From assembly GCA_028711115.1 (NCBI GenBank), contig JAQTSV010000001.1, positions 966,032-1,030,031 of the forward strand: a stretch of 64,000 bases of DNA, read 5' to 3'. The translations under genes were made by a program, and so were the position numbers. Positions 58,042-64,000 of this stretch are shown here, piece after piece. The notes under the pieces were generated by a model. That model ran no database searches, was not told where the DNA came from, and worked only from the letters and a program-made list of their open reading frames with translations. This DNA is from Candidatus Omnitrophota bacterium. GTDB taxonomy: Bacteria; Omnitrophota; Gorgyraeia; Velamenicoccales; JABMQK01. Position 1 is the first letter of the stretch. The number at the start of each line of letters is the position of its first letter.

Positions 58042-60003
58042 CTATTTCTGCAATTTTTTGAGCTTGTCTCTTAATTCAATTGCCTTTTCGAATTGAAGAT
58101 TTCGCGCTGCTGATTCCATCTGATATTCTAACTCAGAAATGAGATATTGCAATTCGAATTCCTTTTCGCCTAAGCCGGTGGAATCTATGACAATCTTGGC
58201 GGCTTCCTCTTCGCCTCTTATTCCTTCCTGAATTTTTTTCTTAATCGTAGCCGGCGTGATTTTGTATTTTTTGTTGAATTCAATCTGGACTTCGCGCCTG
58301 CGTGAGCTTTCTCTCATTGCCTCTTTCATCGAACCGGTAATCTGGTCTGCGTACATAATTACTTTTCCGTTGATATTCCTGGCTGCCCGTCCTGCCAACT
58401 GTATCAATGAAACTTCCGAACGCAGGAATCCTTCCTTGTCCGCATCGAATATCGCAACCAAAGAAACCTCCGGCAAATCCAGGCCTTCGCGCAATAAATT
58501 CACTCCCACGAGGCAATCGAATTCCTTTAATCTCAATTTGCGCAAGATTTCCACGCGCTCAAGTGTTTCAACCTCCGAATGCAGATACTGCACGCGAAGG
58601 CCTTCTTCCTGCAGATAATTCGCCAAATCCTCAGACATGCGCTTGGTCAAAGTCGTAACCAACACGCGTTCGTTTTTCTTTGCGCGCTGTTTTATCTCAA
58701 GCATTAAATCATCGACTTGTCCTTGCGTCGGCCTTATTTCAATCGCCGGATCGATAATTCCTGTCGGCCTGACTAATTGCTCCGCGCTTATTCCTTTGCT
58801 CAATCTTATTTCATAATCCGACGGCGTGGCTGAAACATAAACAAATTGTCTGATTAATGAATTGAACTCATCGAATTTCAAAGGACGGTTATCCAGACAC
58901 GAAGGCAGGCGGAAACCAAAATCAACCAAGGTTTGTTTCCGTGACCTGTCGCCTTCATACATTCCTCTGATTTGCGGAATTGTCACGTGGCTTTCATCAA
59001 TAATCACAAGAAAATCCTGGGGAAAATAATCTAACAAACAAAACGGCCGCGAGCCTTCGGGCCTTGCCGACAAATGGCGCGAGTAATTTTCAATTCCATG
59101 GCAGTAGCCGACTTCGCGTAACATCTCCATATCATATTTTGTGCGCTGCTCCAGGCGCTGCGCCTCAAGAAGTTTGCCGTTTTTCGTCAGATATTCCACA
59201 CGGTCCTGCATTTCCCGAATAATTGCCTTAATCGCGTCTTCTAATGTGTCCTGCGAAACAATATAATGTTTTGCCGGATAAATCCCGATTTTATCAAGCG
59301 TCGTGATTTTCTTTCCGGTTACAGGATTAAATTCCTCGATTGATTTAATTTTATCCAGATTAAATGTTACGCGGATTGCCTTCTCCGAATACGCAGGATA
59401 AATATCCACAACTTCGCCGCGCACGCGGAACTTCGACCTTTTGAAATCATAGTCGTTTCTTTCGTATAACATTTCAATCAAACGCCGCAGCAGTTTATCG
59501 CGGTTATATTCTGCGCCTTTTTCCAGAAATAAAAGTAATCCTTTGTATTCCTCAGGCGAACCCAGATTATAAATACAGGAAACCGACGCCACAATTATCA
59601 CATCGCGACGCGACATTAAAGAACTTGTGGATGATAATCTCAATCTGTCCAATCTGTCATTAATGGATGAATCTTTTTCAATGTATGTGTCTGTCTGGGG
59701 AATGTAAGCTTCCGGCTGGTAATAATCGTAGTAACTTACGAAATACTCCACGCTATTGTGCGGAAAAAACTCTTTGAATTCCGTGTAAAGTTGCGCAGCC
59801 AGGGTTTTATTGTGGGAAATGACAAGCGTGGGCTTATTTACTTCGGCAATCACGTTTGCCATTGTGAATGTTTTTCCCGAACCTGTAACGCCCAAAAGCG
59901 TCTGGTGTGCCTTTTTCGCCAAAACACCAGCACTAATCTTTTCTATCGCCTGCGGCTGATCGCCGGTAGGCTTAAATTTGCTGACTAATCTGAATTTTTC
60001 CAT
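58042..60003 (-). CDS. uvrB: Excinuclease ABC subunit B
   Basis: 653 aa. [10 protein letters not shown] Walker A, DESH, beta-hairpin region, C-terminal UVR domain ([14 protein letters not shown]). Confidence 0.95.
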   Translation of the reverse strand: MEKFRLVSKFKPTGDQPQAIEKISAGVLAKKAHQTLLGVTGSGKTFTMANVIAEVNKPTLVISHNKTLAAQLYTEFKEFFPHNSVEYFVSYYDYYQPEAYIPQTDTYIEKDSSINDRLDRLRLSSTSSLMSRRDVIIVASVSCIYNLGSPEEYKGLLLFLEKGAEYNRDKLLRRLIEMLYERNDYDFKRSKFRVRGEVVDIYPAYSEKAIRVTFNLDKIKSIEEFNPVTGKKITTLDKIGIYPAKHYIVSQDTLEDAIKAIIREMQDRVEYLTKNGKLLEAQRLEQRTKYDMEMLREVGYCHGIENYSRHLSARPEGSRPFCLLDYFPQDFLVIIDESHVTIPQIRGMYEGDRSRKQTLVDFGFRLPSCLDNRPLKFDEFNSLIRQFVYVSATPSDYEIRLSKGISAEQLVRPTGIIDPAIEIRPTQGQVDDLMLEIKQRAKKNERVLVTTLTKRMSEDLANYLQEEGLRVQYLHSEVETLERVEILRKLRLKEFDCLVGVNLLREGLDLPEVSLVAIFDADKEGFLRSEVSLIQLAGRAARNINGKVIMYADQITGSMKEAMRESSRRREVQIEFNKKYKITPATIKKKIQEGIRGEEEAAKIVIDSTGLGEKEFELQYLISELEYQMESAARNLQFEKAIELRDKLKKLQK

Positions 60004-60020
60004 GGGATTTTTAATTACAA

Positions 60021-60452
60021 CTAGAGTGGCTCAGCTTCGATTGAAGCCGGAATAGCAGTTAATTCTCTCTTAGAAAATGAACCGCCTGAACTGCTGTATA
60101 CATAAACCCCTCCATTTGGTCCGGTATAAGTATTGCCTCTTTTTGACCAATCAGAAGTTATTCCTCCCTGCGACAGCACCATATCAAAACAAGCGTTGCC
60201 AGCCGCGCAATTTCCATTGGCAGCGCTATCTAAGGCTGCCGGATAAGCGCCTGCGGAGACAACACACTTATTAGCATAATAATTAGAAATACCGGTCCTT
60301 ATTGCCGCGACTACGCTATTTTCTGTAGCTTCCTTGGCCGGCGCCTGCAAATCAAGATATCTCGGCAGAGCCACGGCTGCTAAAATGCCGAGGATAACAA
60401 TAACCATAACTAATTCAATTAACGTAAAGCCTCTTTTGTTTTCTTTAATCAT
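60021..60452 (-). CDS. Type IV pilin / T2SS pseudopilin-like protein with prepilin N-terminal methylation motif
   Basis: 143 aa. [25 protein letters not shown]. Confidence 0.85.
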   Translation of the reverse strand: MIKENKRGFTLIELVMVIVILGILAAVALPRYLDLQAPAKEATENSVVAAIRTGISNYYANKCVVSAGAYPAALDSAANGNCAAGNACFDMVLSQGGITSDWSKRGNTYTGPNGGVYVYSSSGGSFSKRELTAIPASIEAEPL

Positions 60453-60496
60453 ATTTTAATTTTGAAACGAGTTTGAATTTTTCCATCAATGAGTAC

Positions 60497-60530
60497 ATAA
60501 CTTACGAACACGCAAGTGTGAGTAAGTTAT
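60497..60530. other. Compound hairpin with GCAA tetraloop in the gap between the cassette and the pilin gene
   Basis: ATAACTTAC-ga-ACAC-gcaa-GTGT-ga-GTAAGTTAT. Confidence 0.55.
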
Positions 60531-60673
60531 TTGTGCGAATTGATCCCGAAGTCTAACTTAAAAATATCGCAGAGATTTTTAAGTTGATTAGACAAGGGAC
60601 ACATTGTTTTATTTGGGGACAGTTCTATCAGAACTTAATGTGCTACAAATACTTATCAAGAAACGGTCCTAAT

Positions 60674-61384
60674 TTATGCTATTCCGATAGTTGTTTCTAT
60701 CGATGAGGTAATCCTTGAGAATGCAAAAAGGCGATGTGCTTCTGAAGCAGGTTTATTCTTTATAGGTGGAAGCAAAATCTTATACTTTTGCTTTAAGGCA
60801 TCAAATACCATAACACCTATCTTAAATTTCTTGAATTGTCCAATATTTTTTAGTATCAAATTTTCTTTTTCCACAGGAAAAACAATAATTAGGCGATCTG
60901 CAAAAGCTCTATACTGCAGCGACTGAAAAAGAGCTCTTTTCCAATTGCTAATTTTAAGCTCAAAAGCCCATAATTCCATTGATTTTATACGCCATTTTGG
61001 CGACAATATAAAATAGCCGTTAGGTAATTCTAGTATAGCCTTTTTATGTCTTAGGTTAGTTAATATGCTTTTAATTGTTTTTAAAGAAAGACCACTATTC
61101 TCTATGATATATTTTTTGCTTCGAGGAATTAAATGTCTTAGGAGGGAAAAAACTTTTATATAACTTTCAGTTGAGCCATCAAATACGTGGTTAATCTTTG
61201 CAAAGTATTTTTTCTCTAATCCATGGCCAGATATTGTTATGAAATCAGCTATTCCTTGACGACAACTTATCTCTCGAGCGATTAACTTAAATTCCGGAAA
61301 TTCGTTGAAGCATTTCTTACGAAGGCAATCTTCAAAAGTAGCAGCTAAAAAAGCTTCAGATATTTTTCTATTTTCAGTAACCAT
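60674..61384 (-). CDS. Hypothetical protein, PD-(D/E)xK nuclease-like motifs with an inserted wHTH-like segment (cassette gene 3)
   Basis: 236 aa from ATG 61384, which overlaps the gene 2 stop (TGATG). GIADFITIS ... WAFELKISNWKRALFQSLQY gives a D / ExK / Q spacing pattern. Between them, GLSLKTIKSILTNLRHKKAILELPNGYFIL looks like a helix-turn-helix plus wing. Confidence 0.55.
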   Translation of the reverse strand: MVTENRKISEAFLAATFEDCLRKKCFNEFPEFKLIAREISCRQGIADFITISGHGLEKKYFAKINHVFDGSTESYIKVFSLLRHLIPRSKKYIIENSGLSLKTIKSILTNLRHKKAILELPNGYFILSPKWRIKSMELWAFELKISNWKRALFQSLQYRAFADRLIIVFPVEKENLILKNIGQFKKFKIGVMVFDALKQKYKILLPPIKNKPASEAHRLFAFSRITSSIETTIGIA

Positions 61385-62571
61385 CAAATACTAGTATCCG
61401 TTCTAAAATTCTGAATAGCTCTCTGCCATTGTTCCAAGTGTGCTGAGTTTGAATATGGTTCGAACGCTACTGCACCCTGCTCTAATCTAGCATAAATTGC
61501 TCTTGCTCTTGCAATCATCTCAAGCATTGAATTCAGTCTTTGACCAATCGTCCCTGTAGCTACTTGCCCTATAGCTTGCTGAACTGCATTCCAATGATGC
61601 AAGTAACTTATATCTTTTGTCCAAGGTGCATTTGCCGGATCAGTACGAAGTATACCATCGTAAGATGTTGCGGTCAATACTTCATCTATAAGCCCACTTC
61701 TGTAAATTGAATCTAATTCTGGGATTACTAAAATAGAATTTAGCAGGGGTATAGAAGTATATCTATCTCTAGCAGGCCTACCTCCTGTGGATGGTTGAAA
61801 TCTCGAGAGGGAAAACTGCCTTAGAGAATTGAACCAACCACATGCTGTTGCTGCTGCTCCAACCACATGAAGTAATATACCCATTATATCTGTATAACCA
61901 TAAATAACCTCAAAAGAATTTAGTTCGGCAAGTGCATAAGTCATATATAATAAATTTTGTAACGTACTAGAATCCATTTGAGTTGTATAGTGATCATTTG
62001 ATCGTCTCAAGATGATATAAAATCCGGCTGCCTGGAAAACCGAAATTATATCAAGGAATTCTCCCATCCTATCTGCGGAACGAAGAGCTGTTTCAGAAAA
62101 TACTAGTGATATCAATAAAGGAGGCGCTCCTCTTAAATTTGCTTGATAAGCAATTGACTCTTGAGCCATTGATAAAGCAATTTGACTCCAAGGATCCTGA
62201 AAATCATCAAAGAGAACTGTAGGTGAAACAAGATAAGACAAGGGTAATTGCATCTGATAATCTATACTTTCTCTAATATATCGACCAATATCAGCAGGCG
62301 CAATAAAATCACCTCTTGTGAGACCAGCATGATAATATGGGTAACTTGATAAATTTCCTTCTTTCACGGGAGAAACCGTGGTGACATAAAACTGAGTGTC
62401 AAAAATAATAGGAATATTAGAAAATTCCTGACGTAAACTTGCAACATAACTCTGAAGATTTACGGGATCCTCATCTCGCGGGCTCATTATAACACCTTGA
62501 AGATGTCCTGCCTGTATGCCTCTAGTTATCTTATCTGATTTTCCATATCCATGCTGTACAAAAAAAGCCAT
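61384..62571 (-). CDS. Hypothetical protein, unknown function, (beta/alpha)8-like alternation plus helical C-terminal region (cassette gene 2)
   Basis: 395 aa. ATG 62571 behind a GGGAGGGG SD. Eight short hydrophobic strand-like segments alternate with amphipathic helices. No P-loop or other motif recognised. Confidence 0.6.
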   Translation of the reverse strand: MAFFVQHGYGKSDKITRGIQAGHLQGVIMSPRDEDPVNLQSYVASLRQEFSNIPIIFDTQFYVTTVSPVKEGNLSSYPYYHAGLTRGDFIAPADIGRYIRESIDYQMQLPLSYLVSPTVLFDDFQDPWSQIALSMAQESIAYQANLRGAPPLLISLVFSETALRSADRMGEFLDIISVFQAAGFYIILRRSNDHYTTQMDSSTLQNLLYMTYALAELNSFEVIYGYTDIMGILLHVVGAAATACGWFNSLRQFSLSRFQPSTGGRPARDRYTSIPLLNSILVIPELDSIYRSGLIDEVLTATSYDGILRTDPANAPWTKDISYLHHWNAVQQAIGQVATGTIGQRLNSMLEMIARARAIYARLEQGAVAFEPYSNSAHLEQWQRAIQNFRTDTSI

Positions 62572-62594
62572 TTTGTCCCCTCCCTATCTCTTTA

Positions 62595-63506
62595 TTATAT
62601 CCTTACTGCAGCAAGGGCTTCATCTAGTTGCTTACACGTGCTATAACGAAGATGAGGCTTTTTGGCTAAAAGTCGCATAATTATATTATCAAGTTCTATT
62701 GGTAAATCACTTCTAAGTGATATTGGCGAAGGTGGCTTACTATCCAAAATTTTAGCAATAATATCTGTAGGGTTATTCACACCTGTCATAAAAGGATGAT
62801 GACCAGTAGCTGCTTCATATAAAACAACACCTAACGAAAAAATATCCGAACGGAAATCCATTTGACGTTTACGTGCTAAATCTATTTGATCCGGCGATAG
62901 ATACATCAGTGTACCTGGGACAATTCCAGTTTTTGAAAGCGATTCGTCAAGAAGGTCTAAAACAAGCCCCAGATCTAATAGTATAAAATCACCAGACTGC
63001 TTGCTTCGCATAATGTTGCCTGGCTTTATGTCCCTATGTATCTTTGCGCACATCCAAAGGACTCTTATAGCTTCTGTAATATTTCTCCCTAAACGAATTA
63101 TCTCTTTTATGGATAATTTTTGCTTTTTTATAATAATATTCCTGAGATCAACTCCTTCAATAAATTGTTCTGTAAAATAAAGCAACGTTTGCCCTTTATA
63201 GTCTAAAGACGTTAAGGGTATGGGACCTAATTTGACTAAATAAGGAGACTGACATTTTTCTATCACCTTAACTTCTCTTCTGGCTCTGGCCGTTACTTCA
63301 TCAATCAAAATCCTTATTTGTCCTTCTTCATCTTCAACGGACTGCGGTATATTAACTAACATGAATTTGATTGCGAACAATTCATCATTAATCTTAATAG
63401 GAAAAACTATCTTCTGTCCACCTTTCGCTGGTTTACCCATAACCGCTACAGGCGTATCAACTAAGATTTTGTTAATGTCTTCTTTTGTAAGATTAGGAAG
63501 GGCCAT
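62595..63506 (-). CDS. Stand-alone Hanks-type Ser/Thr protein kinase (cassette gene 1)
   Basis: 303 aa. KGGQKIVF loop, FAIKF (catalytic Lys), REVKVIEK (helix C Glu), IHRDIKPGNIM, LLDLGL (DFG-like), GTLMYLSPD (APE-like), DIFSLGVVLYE. No extra domains. Confidence 0.85.
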   Translation of the reverse strand: MALPNLTKEDINKILVDTPVAVMGKPAKGGQKIVFPIKINDELFAIKFMLVNIPQSVEDEEGQIRILIDEVTARARREVKVIEKCQSPYLVKLGPIPLTSLDYKGQTLLYFTEQFIEGVDLRNIIIKKQKLSIKEIIRLGRNITEAIRVLWMCAKIHRDIKPGNIMRSKQSGDFILLDLGLVLDLLDESLSKTGIVPGTLMYLSPDQIDLARKRQMDFRSDIFSLGVVLYEAATGHHPFMTGVNNPTDIIAKILDSKPPSPISLRSDLPIELDNIIMRLLAKKPHLRYSTCKQLDEALAAVRI

Positions 63507-63534
63507 TTTTATCTTAATAATATTACATATTTAT

Positions 63535-63563
63535 ATTATAGCCCATTTATATTCAATAGACAA
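63535..63563 (-). promoter_or_regulatory. Putative promoter of the kinase cassette (TTGTCT-17-TATAAT)
   Basis: Minus strand reads gaaTTGTCTattgaatataaatgggcTATAATataaat. -35 = 63563..63558, -10 = 63540..63535, 29 nt upstream of the kinase ATG. Confidence 0.55.
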
Positions 63564-63601
63564 TTCTTATCTAAACAATAATTTGTTCATCCAGAGAATT
63601 T

Positions 63602-63645
63602 CGGGGACAACCTTGATTTTATTCTCAAGGTTGTCCCCGTTTTTC
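63602..63645. terminator. 15-bp perfect-stem hairpin between the upstream membrane-protein gene and the cassette promoter
   Basis: CGGGGACAACCTTGA-ttttattc-TCAAGGTTGTCCCCG. The T5 run follows on the plus strand only. On the gene (minus) strand the tail is gaaattctc. Confidence 0.5.
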
Positions 63646-63652
63646 TTCCGAT

Positions 63653-64000
63653 TTATATCTTAACTATAAACTTGGTCAGATATATCGCCAATAAAACAAC
63701 TAAGGCGTTGCCAACCAGAAAACGCACATATGGCGGCCTGTGGGATTTCTGCCATCTGTCCCAATGCAGCGCTATCTTTATTACAATCCATGCCGCAATA
63801 AGAGACCATTTGCCCCAGACAATAATGGCCGGGTAAACATACAATTCCAGACCACCCAGTATGGTAGGAAGAAAATAGTCGTTTAATTTAGCGTGTCTTT
63901 CCTGGCTGAGGAATAAATTCGAGAAAAGTTCCATTCCTTTCTTTTTATATATTTTACTGAGATTATACCCCTTGGCATCTGCTTTCCCCTGCAGAATAGC
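63653..64000 (-). CDS. Hypothetical small membrane protein, 5' end uncertain (frame stays open to the right window edge)
   Basis: The track gives 93 aa from ATG 63934 (2-3 TM segments). I translated 63935..64000 in the same frame and found no stop (AILQGKADAKGYNLSKIYKKKG-M...). The true start may therefore lie outside the window. Confidence 0.45.
   Translation of the reverse strand, partial: AILQGKADAKGYNLSKIYKKKGMELFSNLFLSQERHAKLNDYFLPTILGGLELYVYPAIIVWGKWSLIAAWIVIKIALHWDRWQKSHRPPYVRFLVGNALVVLLAIYLTKFIVKI

Noticed and set aside
60596-63609. GGGGACA/GGGACAC motifs near both ends of the kinase cassette, considered as possible att-like direct repeats.
   Set aside because: Only 6-7 nt are shared and the surrounding sequence does not align. 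This is too short to distinguish from chance.

Overview
64-kb window from a moderately AT-rich, apparently anaerobic, diderm bacterium. The lineage cannot be assigned without a database search. I count 67 protein-coding genes plus one tRNA-Arg(CCT), all on the minus strand. Many are joined by 1-4 nt start/stop overlaps. The plus-strand ORFs in the track are shadow frames.

Content, left to right:
- Housekeeping block: partial porin, PHP phosphoesterase, tRNA, apt, sigma factor, ppdK, glyQS, panB, an NfnAB/SudAB-like pair, apbE, polX, MFS, yjbQ, rubrerythrin.
- A ~16.7-kb unit headed by Rex (16185..32986): hypA, an AsrAB/HydBG-like NAD(P)H module, a HycB-like polyferredoxin, a 13-subunit Mrp-linked group-4 [NiFe] hydrogenase, its protease, a truncated hypF, and hypCDE.
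- More housekeeping genes: ZIP transporter, exonuclease plus UvrD-like helicase, panE, recO, GT9, ybeY, HD-7TM, phoH, aspS, hisS, hup, dnaE, guaA, a GuaB3-like gene, groESL with CIRCE, coaX, PilZ, uvrB, pilin.
- A compositionally distinct three-gene cassette (60674..63563), described below.

Best candidate for an undescribed system: the cassette has its own promoter and an upstream insulating hairpin. It encodes a stand-alone Hanks-type Ser/Thr kinase, a 395-aa protein with a (beta/alpha)8-like pattern and no motif I recognise, and a translationally coupled PD-(D/E)xK-like protein with a wHTH-like insert.

Other notable points:
- The hydrogenase appears to be wired to an NAD(P)H module rather than to formate or CO.
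- HypF is only the C-terminal domain.
- The bacterial-type AspRS precisely lacks the GAD insertion domain.
- A two-hairpin intergenic repeat shows compensatory substitutions.
- groEL and hup share a ~45-nt leader.
- The groES-groEL spacer is unusually long and structured.

No CRISPR array, rRNA, transposase or integrase was seen. All motif coordinates were counted by hand and function calls rest on recognisable motifs only. No searches were run.
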